Shown: positions 1 to 7,822 of the stretch, one piece after another | How positions within the stretch are numbered: the stretch's first letter is position 1 | Layout: each line of letters begins with the position of its first letter | IMG/VR virus record: IMGVR_UViG_2974796119_000001 | Coordinates: 1-64,000 of that record | DNA: 64,000 nucleotides | DNA from: a virus | Taxonomy: Duplodnaviria; Caudoviricetes | Reading direction: 5' to 3' (one strand) | Notes under the pieces: generated by a model | What the model was told of the DNA's origin: nothing | Database searches by the model: none | The model's input: the letters and a program-made list of their open reading frames with translations, nothing else | Position numbers and translations under genes: made by a program

Positions 1-600
1 AGTATGTGCGCGTGGGGAGATTTTTCGTTTTGGCAATTGGTTTTCATTTATACACCCCCCTATTGATTTCGTTGCGAATGATTCATATTTTTGAACTTTT
101 ACCCCTCTGACAATGCTGTGTATGAAAATTAACCTCACTATGTATCGTATATGTTATTGTAGTGACGTTCTTTCGCTTGGTTTCTTTCGGTTGAGGTTAT
201 TATACTATCTATTGATACACTTACTTGTATTGTTAGCTCGTTCCTACTGCATCTTCTTTGCTTGGGTGGTACACTTATATAGTTGAATTGATTTTGTTCG
301 CTTAGAAGCGAGGATTTGAGCTAAACACCATTTAAAATAAAAGAATTGCAGTATTATCGTCATTTGCTGTTCTATTGTATTTGTTTGGTTATTGGTTTGC
401 GTTGTATTGTTGTCTTGTTATGTTGTCTTGGTACGGTGCAGGAAGTTTAGTTTGCTTAGTGTTTGCGGTGTGTTGTCGTTTTGGTGTGTGTTTGGTTTGT
501 TGGTTTTGGTTGGTCTAGTAGATTTATGTATCATAAGGAATGTTTATTCTTGTTATGTAGTACTATCGAATTTCTTTATAATGTAACATTTTTTTGTTTT
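1..600. other. Non-coding G/T-skewed region, candidate genome terminus/packaging region
   Basis: Composition is opposite to the A-rich coding strand elsewhere; no credible ORF; lies directly upstream of the first promoter. Confidence 0.45.
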
Positions 601-627
601 GTTACCTTTTTATCTATTTAAGTTACG

Positions 628-635
628 TATATTTG
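628..635 (+). promoter_or_regulatory. Bacteroidota sigma-A -7 box for the first early transcript
   Basis: TATATTTG matches TAnnTTTG, upstream of the first genes. Confidence 0.7.
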
Positions 636-636
636 T

Positions 637-710
637 AGAGTAGTTAGGAATTAGCATTGTTTATCTCTTAATTACTTAGTTCTTTGAAATCTTAAAGTAT
701 TAACTACTCT
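637..710 (+). promoter_or_regulatory. Structured 5' leader of the early transcript
   Basis: AGAGTAGTTA (637-646) pairs perfectly with TAACTACTCT (701-710), enclosing internal hairpins. Confidence 0.5.
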
Positions 711-786
711 CTAATATCGTGACTGCATAAGGTGTATTTATTAGAAGATTAGCCGACGGAACTGGCAAAGAGTTTATACAAAATAA

Positions 787-843
787 TAAGTGTAACGGTT
801 GCAGCCTTTAGGGGCTTGTTGAGGTTCGATTCCTTTGCACTTA
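787..843 (+). ncRNA. Mini-tRNA-like element 1 (acceptor stem + T-arm + one hairpin, no D/anticodon pair)
   Basis: TAAGTGTA/TGCACTTA stem; GAGG-TTCGATT-CCTT T-arm stacked on it; AGCCT-TTAG-GGGCT middle hairpin. Confidence 0.7.
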
Positions 844-886
844 CAAAAAACATAAATTAATAAAAACAACCTTAAATCAAATCATT

Positions 887-1018
887 ATGAAAGCAATTTT
901 TAACACAGTGAACAAATTAACATTAGAAAACAAATTAGCAATTTTGGCAATATCTTTTATTGTTTTTTTAGCAGTCAGCGTTTTAGTTGATGCAATAAAA
1001 AACGGAACACCTTTGTAG
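887..1018 (+). CDS. 43-aa single-pass membrane peptide (first gene)
   Basis: MKAIFNTVNKLTLENKLAILAISFIVFLAVSVLVDAIKNGTPL; preceded by the ACAACCTT leader motif; below ORF-track cutoff. Confidence 0.7.
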   Translation: MKAIFNTVNKLTLENKLAILAISFIVFLAVSVLVDAIKNGTPL

Positions 1019-1049
1019 TAAAGTATTAATAAATTTTAAACCTAAAAAA

Positions 1050-1265
1050 ATGAGATTAAATAGCAGTTTAGACATCAACGCAGTTACTTTATTAGATAAA
1101 GTAAAAATACTACTGGAACAGCCTTATAAATTAGTCTTAGTGCAACGCAACGAGCTAGAGCGTTTAAGGGTATCAGTTAAACGCTCAGAACAATCAGCCT
1201 ATATCAATAGTTTATATAAACATTACATAATAGATAAGAAAAATAAAACTTATTTATGTAACTGA
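1050..1265 (+). CDS. hypothetical early protein
   Basis: 71-aa ORF, A-rich initiation region. Confidence 0.6.
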   Translation: MRLNSSLDINAVTLLDKVKILLEQPYKLVLVQRNELERLRVSVKRSEQSAYINSLYKHYIIDKKNKTYLCN

Positions 1266-1283
1266 TTTTTTTAATCAAATTCA

Positions 1284-1334
1284 TTGCCTTGAAATATTCA
1301 ATGTTATTTATTCGGTTCGTTACCGACAAGGCAA
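1284..1334 (+). ncRNA. Mini-tRNA-like element 2
   Basis: TTGCCTTG/CAAGGCAA 8-bp stem; TCGG-TTCGTTA-CCGA T-arm; AAATA..TATTT middle hairpin. Confidence 0.7.
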
Positions 1335-1362
1335 CTAAAAAACAACCTTAAATCAATTTATT

Positions 1363-1812
1363 ATGAAAGAATATAAAACAGACACAAAGCAATTTACTTT
1401 AAAGAAAACAAAGTCTAATTTTAAACAATGCAAAATTAAAAGTTCGGCAGATGGTCGAGATTTTGCAGCTAAATTCTACCACGAAGACATTGCAGTTTTC
1501 GAAAGTATGTTCTGCATCTTCTTAAATAACGCAAACAATACTACTGGTTGGTGTAAAATATCGCAAGGCGGTTTATCAGGTACAGTAGTCGACCCTATTT
1601 TAATAGGCAAATATGCAATTGAATCACTTGCAAAATCAGTTATTTTGGTACATAACCACCCAAGCGGAACACTCAAGCCAAGTCAATCAGATTTGCAAAT
1701 TACTACAAAGATTAAAAAAACCCTTGATATTTTCGATTGTAAAGTTTTAGACCATTTAATTATGGTTGAAGGTGGTAATTACTACAGCTTTGCAGACGAA
1801 GGAATTTTGTAG
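1363..1812 (+). CDS. radC: RadC-like JAB domain protein
   Basis: ILVHNHPSGTLKPSQSD...VLDHLI JAB motif. Confidence 0.9.
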   Translation: MKEYKTDTKQFTLKKTKSNFKQCKIKSSADGRDFAAKFYHEDIAVFESMFCIFLNNANNTTGWCKISQGGLSGTVVDPILIGKYAIESLAKSVILVHNHPSGTLKPSQSDLQITTKIKKTLDIFDCKVLDHLIMVEGGNYYSFADEGIL

Positions 1813-1814
1813 TT

Positions 1815-2003
1815 ATGGAGTTACACAAATACTTATTTTTAAGAACTACAGACGGTATCTATATTTTTGATAGTAAAGACCAAGACATTTTTACAGAAAA
1901 TGACTCTATTGCCGTTTATTCTGAGCAAAACAAAACATTAAAATTTGCTAACAATTTAACTGCTGCAATCTATAAAGAACAGCTACTAACAATATTAAAC
2001 TAA
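1815..2003 (+). CDS. hypothetical protein
   Basis: ORF in operon packing. Confidence 0.6.
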   Translation: MELHKYLFLRTTDGIYIFDSKDQDIFTENDSIAVYSEQNKTLKFANNLTAAIYKEQLLTILN

Positions 2004-2025
2004 CAACCTTTTAAAACTTATCATT

Positions 2026-2304
2026 ATGGAAACAAATAACTTAATCGATTTACTAAAATATCAAGAATTTTTTAACACCAATTTAGAAGAGCTAACAACA
2101 CTAAATGAAGATGATGTTAATTTTATTAATCAAACTCATTTTGGCGATTTAATTGTCGAGGAATCTAATATTGATGGTGAAAGATACAATTTGTATCGTT
2201 CTTTAGATGAAAACGTTGCACAAGGCGAAGCACTAATACAAATAGAGCATAGCGGAAAAAACAATAATTACAGTTATGAAACTGTTTTAAACTTTTATCT
2301 TTAA
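2026..2304 (+). CDS. hypothetical protein
   Basis: ORF with ACAACCTT leader motif. Confidence 0.7.
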   Translation: METNNLIDLLKYQEFFNTNLEELTTLNEDDVNFINQTHFGDLIVEESNIDGERYNLYRSLDENVAQGEALIQIEHSGKNNNYSYETVLNFYL

Positions 2305-2316
2305 AAAATATATACC

Positions 2317-2559
2317 ATGGCACAAACACAATACGCACAAGATTTAGCGAAGCAATACGAATTAGGAAACACCAAAGAAGATTTTTATCAATATATAGTT
2401 AATTCTATGGAAAACGGACAAAGACAACAAGTTCGGAAGTTATTCGGGGAAATGGACAACCACGACAAACAAGAATTTTTAACTACTTGGCTAGACCCTC
2501 GTAATAGAGGAATACATAAAAGTACTTTAAACACTTGTATAATTGAACTTTTAGATTAA
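2317..2559 (+). CDS. hypothetical protein
   Basis: ORF in operon packing. Confidence 0.7.
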   Translation: MAQTQYAQDLAKQYELGNTKEDFYQYIVNSMENGQRQQVRKLFGEMDNHDKQEFLTTWLDPRNRGIHKSTLNTCIIELLD

Positions 2560-2563
2560 AAAA

Positions 2564-2641
2564 ACTCGTTCGGGCGAGTATAAAAAGAGATTAAGCCCGA
2601 AGCGTCTCGCCAGTCTTAGGGGTAATTTTGGCGGGGGTTCT
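2564..2641 (+). ncRNA. Pistol self-cleaving ribozyme (predicted cut G2637/U2638)
   Basis: P1 ACUCG/CGAGU; loop UUCGGG pseudoknots with CCCGAA; AUAAA linker; P2 AGA/UCU; UUAAG...GCG core; P3 UCUCGCCA/UGGCGGGG; GU cleavage dinucleotide. Confidence 0.92.
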
Positions 2642-2661
2642 AAACTAAAAAAAATAAAATT

Positions 2662-2958
2662 ATGAATGTTTTAAACACTTGGCAAAGCGATAGCACAAAA
2701 AAAGTATTTTTTAATGTTTCAAATCCTATTTACACAAATGGAGAGTATAATATTTACAAGGAACACAGTAAATGTTTTCTGCATACATATAAAAATATAG
2801 CTATTAACCAGTTATGCGCACCAAACAAAGAGCATATAAAAAACTTAATAAATAATACTAGACCGCTTACAAATACAAAATACACGCCTAAAACACTTAT
2901 TTATGATAGGTCAAAAGAAGCAATAAAAAAAGGTTTAACTATTTTAAAAAACTATTAA
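2662..2958 (+). CDS. hypothetical protein
   Basis: ORF directly downstream of the ribozyme. Confidence 0.7.
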   Translation: MNVLNTWQSDSTKKVFFNVSNPIYTNGEYNIYKEHSKCFLHTYKNIAINQLCAPNKEHIKNLINNTRPLTNTKYTPKTLIYDRSKEAIKKGLTILKNY

Positions 2959-2961
2959 GCA

Positions 2962-3258
2962 ATGAAGAAACTGAATACAGCGGATTTTTTAAAAGAAGTA
3001 AACACGGATTTTAATTTTAAAAGTTTCGGTCCTAATGATTTTATAAAAAAAGAATTTATAAAAATTGAAGATTTAACACCAAATCAAGAACATATCGAAC
3101 TAAACACATTAACCGAAAAAATAAAAGGTAAAAATCTGACTGTTCCGCACGTTCTATTGTATAATGATAAAAAAATACTAATAGACGGACACCATACGGT
3201 TATAGCTAAGTTGTTAAAAGGACAATCTAAAATTTTGTGTAAAATAACAATCAGATAA
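2962..3258 (+). CDS. ParB/Sulfiredoxin-like domain protein
   Basis: LTPNQ...VLL...LIDGHHT motif. Confidence 0.7.
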   Translation: MKKLNTADFLKEVNTDFNFKSFGPNDFIKKEFIKIEDLTPNQEHIELNTLTEKIKGKNLTVPHVLLYNDKKILIDGHHTVIAKLLKGQSKILCKITIR

Positions 3259-3283
3259 TAAAATATTGCTAAGGGGTTAGTAA

Positions 3284-3329
3284 TGGCGTGAAGTATTTAG
3301 TACTTATTCGGAGCGATACCGACACGCTA
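3284..3329 (+). ncRNA. Mini-tRNA-like element 3
   Basis: TGGCGTG/CACGCTA stem; AAGTA-TTTAG-TACTT hairpin; TCGG-AGCGATA-CCGA T-arm; same layout as element 2. Confidence 0.7.
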
Positions 3330-3354
3330 ACAAAAAAACTTTAAAAATTACAGA

Positions 3355-3648
3355 ATGAAAACAGGAACTAAATTTTATATTGAATTAATAGTTGATAGCT
3401 CAACCGTAAAAAATACAGATATAAAAACAGCTTTAAGCATTAAAATAAGTAGTTTAAAAACAGCTTTAAATGGTGAGGGTATAGAAATATACGAGTATAT
3501 AAAAGAAAGAGTTTTGTTTTTTGGCAAAGATGAACAAATTAGGCAAAAAATAAAACTAATTTTATCTAAACCATTAACAAAAAACAGCATTTACAAAGTT
3601 ATTAATTCTGTAGAGGCTCAACCGTTAAATTTTAAAGAATTAAACTAA
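3355..3648 (+). CDS. hypothetical protein
   Basis: ORF track. Confidence 0.65.
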   Translation: MKTGTKFYIELIVDSSTVKNTDIKTALSIKISSLKTALNGEGIEIYEYIKERVLFFGKDEQIRQKIKLILSKPLTKNSIYKVINSVEAQPLNFKELN

Positions 3649-3665
3649 TAAAAACTTGTAATACT

Positions 3666-4037
3666 ATGAACTGTTTATTTGAACACTACACAGAACAACC
3701 AAAAAAACTAAAGAAAATAACCTCTAAATGGGGTGATAAACTAGAAAGTAAAGGATGTAAGTACAAAAAATGCGCGAAGTTCTTAGAGGCAATAAATAAA
3801 ATCGGCTACACATTTGAGTTCGGCTTAGATGCACAACCTTTTCTTTTGCGTCTAATGAACGAGGACGAAAGACACGAGTACATAAACGAATACGGTAATA
3901 ATTTCGATTTGTATCTATTGGAAGATACCGTTGTAAAAGTAGGTAAAAACCAATACAAGAACCAAGAAACACAGCACAAAAAAACCTTTACTAAAAAGGA
4001 ATTAAAACAGTTTTTTAAAAAAGAATATCAAAATTAA
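3666..4037 (+). CDS. hypothetical protein
   Basis: ORF track. Confidence 0.7.
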   Translation: MNCLFEHYTEQPKKLKKITSKWGDKLESKGCKYKKCAKFLEAINKIGYTFEFGLDAQPFLLRLMNEDERHEYINEYGNNFDLYLLEDTVVKVGKNQYKNQETQHKKTFTKKELKQFFKKEYQN

Positions 4038-4042
4038 AAGCC

Positions 4043-4210
4043 ATGGAACTAATTAAGCTAACAGCAGAAAAGCACAACGGCAGTACTTTTTTCAAAGATG
4101 CCAACGGAAAATTAAAAGGAGTAATTCCACCCGAACAAAAACAACCTAATAGAAATACTAAATTTTACACTCTTAATTGCTGCTTATTCGCCATTAATTG
4201 GATTAATTAA
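4043..4210 (+). CDS. small hypothetical protein (55 aa)
   Basis: Fills the gap in-operon; translated by hand. Confidence 0.55.
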   Translation: MELIKLTAEKHNGSTFFKDANGKLKGVIPPEQKQPNRNTKFYTLNCCLFAINWIN

Positions 4211-4221
4211 TATATTTTTTC

Positions 4222-4496
4222 ATGATTAATTTACAAGAAGTCAGAAACATAAAAAAAAAAACATCGTTTTAATTAATGGAGTAAACCACCTTTGTACAAT
4301 GGTTCAAGGTTATGCAAACAACCCAAACAAAAATTTTAGATTTACAAATATGAACCTATCTAAAAAAATAAGACATTCGGTATATAATGAATATTACTAC
4401 AAATGCAAAGACTTGCAAAAAGACATTGAAGAAAAAAAAATAACTTTTTTAGTAATTGGAGCAAATCAAAAAAATTTACAATTAGCTCTATTTTAA
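4222..4496 (+). pseudogene. Frameshifted ORF across an A11 tract (4251-4261)
   Basis: MINLQEVRNIKKK ends in the A-run; one extra A would fuse it to the 4299-4496 frame (about 91 aa). Confidence 0.5.
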
Positions 4497-4533
4497 AACA
4501 AACTAAAAAACACCCTAAAAAATCACAAATTAA

Positions 4534-4720
4534 GTCCCCTCGCATTAACCATTTTTTTAGGTTGGTTAGTTTTGTGGGGGGACAATATTAATTCAATACT
4601 CTTTTTTTATGCTTACCTCATCAATGCGGGTAGCATAAAATAGTATTAACAAAAAATAAACTAATTCCTGGAGGATTATAAAAAAGCAACTCATTTTTAA
4701 ACTGCTTTTTTCTCCTTGGG
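4534..4720 (+). promoter_or_regulatory. Three tandem long imperfect hairpins (RNase III-like sites or structured RNA)
   Basis: GTCCCC..GGGGAC (4534-4583); AATACT..TTTTATGC..GCATAAAA..AGTATT (4595-4647); GGAG..AAAAAGCA..TGCTTTTT..CTCC (4667-4720). Confidence 0.6.
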
Positions 4721-4739
4721 CAAAACACCTTTTTAAATC

Positions 4740-4979
4740 ATGGATAAACTAATTAAAGAGCTTAGAGAAGCTAAAAAATCAAAAATATCTAGTTGGATTG
4801 ACTCTGTTAGTATCAGAATAGAAAAAATGGAATTGTTTTTTAAAACAGCTTCTAAAGTGGGTTTAATTAAAGATGGTTTTTATATAAGTGGAATACCTAA
4901 AGGAAGTGAAGAGTATATAAACGATTTTTATAAATTAGAGAATGAACTAGAATACCCAAAACCTCAAAAAATTAACTAA
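4740..4979 (+). CDS. hypothetical protein
   Basis: ORF track. Confidence 0.65.
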   Translation: MDKLIKELREAKKSKISSWIDSVSIRIEKMELFFKTASKVGLIKDGFYISGIPKGSEEYINDFYKLENELEYPKPQKIN

Positions 4980-5000
4980 AAAATAAACTCTTTTTAAATT

Positions 5001-5324
5001 ATGAATACTTTACAAACTCAATTAGAAACAGTAGCAAAATTCGCAGGATTTACCCACGAAAAAAACTTAGATTGGCATGATAACGAAATGATGATGAAAC
5101 AGAGAATTTATGACGCAGAAGGCGGTAACTGTTTTGATAAGCTTTTATTTTCGGAGTCTTGGGATTGGATTATTCCAGTAGTTAAACTATGTGAAGAAGT
5201 ACAAGATTCTAAAAGCGGTAATTTGCTAGGAGACATTACACACGCTTTACTTGATTTTGATATTGAAAAAACATTTGAAGCAGTAGTTAAATTCATTGAA
5301 TGGTATAACCAACAAAAAAAGTAA
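5001..5324 (+). CDS. hypothetical protein
   Basis: ORF track. Confidence 0.7.
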   Translation: MNTLQTQLETVAKFAGFTHEKNLDWHDNEMMMKQRIYDAEGGNCFDKLLFSESWDWIIPVVKLCEEVQDSKSGNLLGDITHALLDFDIEKTFEAVVKFIEWYNQQKK

Positions 5325-5326
5325 TT

Positions 5327-5770
5327 ATGAAAAAAGAACAAAAAAATAACTGCAAAGCAGTACAAGTAAATCACCCTCTAGACCCTATAGAATGGAATTG
5401 TGACTGTAAAGAAGCTGAAAATGGAGAACCATGTTCTTTTAGTTGGATTCAAACAGACGGAAGTATAAATACCTTGCAATACGGAAGGAAAATGAGTTTT
5501 TTTTCTTGGGAATACTCAGAAATAGGCGGGCAATATACTGACGAAAAAGAAGCTGAAAAAAACAAACATAATTGGAGTTCTAAAATTATTGATTTACATG
5601 ATTACTCAAAAGAAAAAGTAGAAAATATAATTTCGTCTTGGGGTTACTCTATAATAAACTACGATTTAGAAAACAGAAAAATAAAAATAAAACAAGAAGC
5701 CGAAATATTCAATATAAATGATTCTATACAATTAATTTGTGAATGTATTTCTGAATACGAACACTATTAA
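5327..5770 (+). CDS. hypothetical protein
   Basis: ORF track. Confidence 0.7.
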   Translation: MKKEQKNNCKAVQVNHPLDPIEWNCDCKEAENGEPCSFSWIQTDGSINTLQYGRKMSFFSWEYSEIGGQYTDEKEAEKNKHNWSSKIIDLHDYSKEKVENIISSWGYSIINYDLENRKIKIKQEAEIFNINDSIQLICECISEYEHY

Positions 5771-5784
5771 AAAACAAACCAACC

Positions 5785-5961
5785 ATGAACCAACTATTTT
5801 TAACACTAAGAGCAAAAAAAATTATGTTTTCTTTTGAACGCATAGAAGGAAAAGTAACCAAAATTACAAACATAGAATTAACTAAAGACGGACGAACTCA
5901 TTTAGCTAACGGCAGAATAGTATCTAAAAACTTATACAACGAACTTTTAAAAATAAACTAA
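5785..5961 (+). CDS. small hypothetical protein (58 aa)
   Basis: Fills the gap; translated by hand. Confidence 0.55.
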   Translation: MNQLFLTLRAKKIMFSFERIEGKVTKITNIELTKDGRTHLANGRIVSKNLYNELLKIN

Positions 5962-5963
5962 TT

Positions 5964-6191
5964 ATGGCAGATTTTTACAGCATAAACGGATATTGGAAAG
6001 ACGACAAAACAGAATTTAAAGAACTTATAGTTTCAGAAATGGACGGCTGCTTTGAAGGAATAGAACCTTACAGCGATGATGATATTTTCTTTTACGGTTT
6101 AAGTGAATCTAATTTATTAGAAGCAATCGAGCTAAAAGAAGAAACAGCACATGATTTTGTTATAACATCATTCACTAAAATAATTCAATAA
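5964..6191 (+). CDS. hypothetical acidic protein
   Basis: ORF track. Confidence 0.65.
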   Translation: MADFYSINGYWKDDKTEFKELIVSEMDGCFEGIEPYSDDDIFFYGLSESNLLEAIELKEETAHDFVITSFTKIIQ

Positions 6192-6433
6192 TGAAAACAA
6201 CTAAAAGAATATTCAGATTCATTGGAAAGTTGCTTTTATGGATTTTTTACCTAATAATAACAGGTAAAGAAAGACAAATGTATCAACATGCAAAGTATGC
6301 AAAAAGAGCTGTTAAAAGTGTTAAAAATGACCTTTTCGGAACCACCTATATTATGGGTGAATACTTAGGCAATAAAGAACCTGAAAGAAACTTTTTAACA
6401 TGGAAAGAATTTAGAAAACAACATAAATTTTAA
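6191..6433 (+). CDS. hypothetical protein with hydrophobic N-terminal segment
   Basis: Translational coupling; FIGKLLLWIFYLII segment. Confidence 0.6.
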   Translation: MKTTKRIFRFIGKLLLWIFYLIITGKERQMYQHAKYAKRAVKSVKNDLFGTTYIMGEYLGNKEPERNFLTWKEFRKQHKF

Positions 6434-6437
6434 AATT

Positions 6438-6581
6438 ATGATAAAAGTATATTTTGAGTCAAGAAACCATGCGGAATTAGTAGCCACTTTTGAAACCGAT
6501 GAATTATATAATCTTTGCTTGCCTATATTAGAAGCAGCAGCAGGAGAACAAGGAATGATAGTAACCGAAAAAATAGAATAA
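6438..6581 (+). CDS. small hypothetical protein (47 aa)
   Basis: Fills the gap; translated by hand. Confidence 0.55.
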   Translation: MIKVYFESRNHAELVATFETDELYNLCLPILEAAAGEQGMIVTEKIE

Positions 6582-6584
6582 TAA

Positions 6585-6896
6585 ATGGATAACTCATACT
6601 ACATAATAACAAGCGAAGCAAATAGAACAGTTTTTTGTTCAGATAATTTTAGTAAAATAGAAGCTTTTATCAAGGAAAATCAAGATGCAAGGGTAAGAAC
6701 TGTAAATTATACTGGGAAGCCTAAAATAATGAGCAAAGAGCTTTTTTTAATAAAGTTTTTAGCTTTTACCCAAAACAAAGAAAAGTTTTTTATGCTTACT
6801 AGAATTATGATTGAAGCAAGAACAAAATTTGCTGCTTTTATGAGTATGAATCAACTATTAGAAGAGTGGAAAGAATTTAAACGTGAATTTTTATAA
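6585..6896 (+). CDS. hypothetical protein
   Basis: ORF track. Confidence 0.65.
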   Translation: MDNSYYIITSEANRTVFCSDNFSKIEAFIKENQDARVRTVNYTGKPKIMSKELFLIKFLAFTQNKEKFFMLTRIMIEARTKFAAFMSMNQLLEEWKEFKREFL

Positions 6897-6906
6897 ACCA
6901 TAAACC

Positions 6907-7065
6907 ATGTCCCCGGAAAACTTTTTAAAAACAGATGAAGCAAAAAAATGCAAAAATGTAGCTTTTACAAGTGATGAAAAAAAAGTAATTCATACATGGA
7001 TGAAGCAATACGCAAAACACATAATTAAAGAAGACCAAAAAGCAAAAAGACAATGTTCGCAATAA
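6907..7065 (+). CDS. small hypothetical protein (52 aa)
   Basis: Fills the gap; translated by hand. Confidence 0.5.
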   Translation: MSPENFLKTDEAKKCKNVAFTSDEKKVIHTWMKQYAKHIIKEDQKAKRQCSQ

Positions 7066-7310
7066 AAACAGAATCAGGAACCTTTAAAACATTCAACGTA
7101 AAAAAGATATACGAAATCTTAATGAAAACCCAAGACAAAGAAATTAAACACTTCTTTGATTTTGAATTATACACACAATCTGAGTTTTTTAAGACATATT
7201 TAAGAATATCAAAAAACTACGAAAATTACCTAAATTTAGAGAAAAAGTTTAACCCGCACCCAACATTAAAAGAATATGCAGACAAATTCAAGGTCAAAAA
7301 AAAGATTTAG
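7053..7310 (+). CDS. hypothetical protein
   Basis: ORF track. Confidence 0.6.
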   Translation: MFAIKTESGTFKTFNVKKIYEILMKTQDKEIKHFFDFELYTQSEFFKTYLRISKNYENYLNLEKKFNPHPTLKEYADKFKVKKKI

Positions 7311-7761
7311 TGAGGTAATTCAGGAAATGTTCAAAACATTTGGCGAAAATAATATCACTTTAGATGAAATTTCAAAATCTACGAAAATAGATAAAGAGTT
7401 TTTATTGATGCTTTTAAATAATGAAGGTCAGATGGTGGAGAATATTTCAAGACTGATCCAATTCGCTAATTTAAGATTAACACTTGTGAAATATAAAATG
7501 AAATTTCACACTACATACCACGTTTCAAAAGATGTAATAATGTTTTGCAGAATAGTAGAACCTAAATGTAATATATCTTATGATAAAATAACTGGTGAGT
7601 TTTTTAATCTTAACTTCAAAAGAAAAAGAATAGAAAAAAAACTATCTACTATTGAAAAACAACAAGTTTTAGCCGACTTTAAATCGTTTAAAGAAACCCA
7701 TATAGATAAACTCTATGATGAAAAATTTATGCAAAGGATAAATCAATTGAATAGCGTGTAG
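7276..7761 (+). CDS. hypothetical protein, possible N-terminal HTH
   Basis: ITLDEISKSTKID...ISRLIQFANLRL resembles an XRE-type HTH; true start may be internal. Confidence 0.5.
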   Translation: MQTNSRSKKRFSEVIQEMFKTFGENNITLDEISKSTKIDKEFLLMLLNNEGQMVENISRLIQFANLRLTLVKYKMKFHTTYHVSKDVIMFCRIVEPKCNISYDKITGEFFNLNFKRKRIEKKLSTIEKQQVLADFKSFKETHIDKLYDEKFMQRINQLNSV

Positions 7762-7822
7762 TTTTTTACACAAAAACATTACATTTACAACCTCAAACAA
7801 CAATCTTAAATCAAAACAAATT

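Noticed and set aside
392-586. 64-aa hydrophobic ORF (V/L/C-rich)
   Set aside because: By-product of the GT-rich low-complexity tract; non-ATG start and codon usage unlike the real genes
787-843. Canonical tRNA gene suggested by GGTTCGATTCC
   Set aside because: Only 57 nt, no D-arm plus anticodon-arm pair, no CCA; kept as a mini-tRNA-like element instead
2564-2641. Twister ribozyme or transcription attenuator (AAGCCC motif, alternative pairings)
   Set aside because: Loop lengths do not fit twister; both pairings are explained together by the pistol pseudoknot
7167-7175. Perfect DnaA box TTATACACA
   Set aside because: Single copy inside a coding region, far from the iterons; expected by chance in AT-rich DNA
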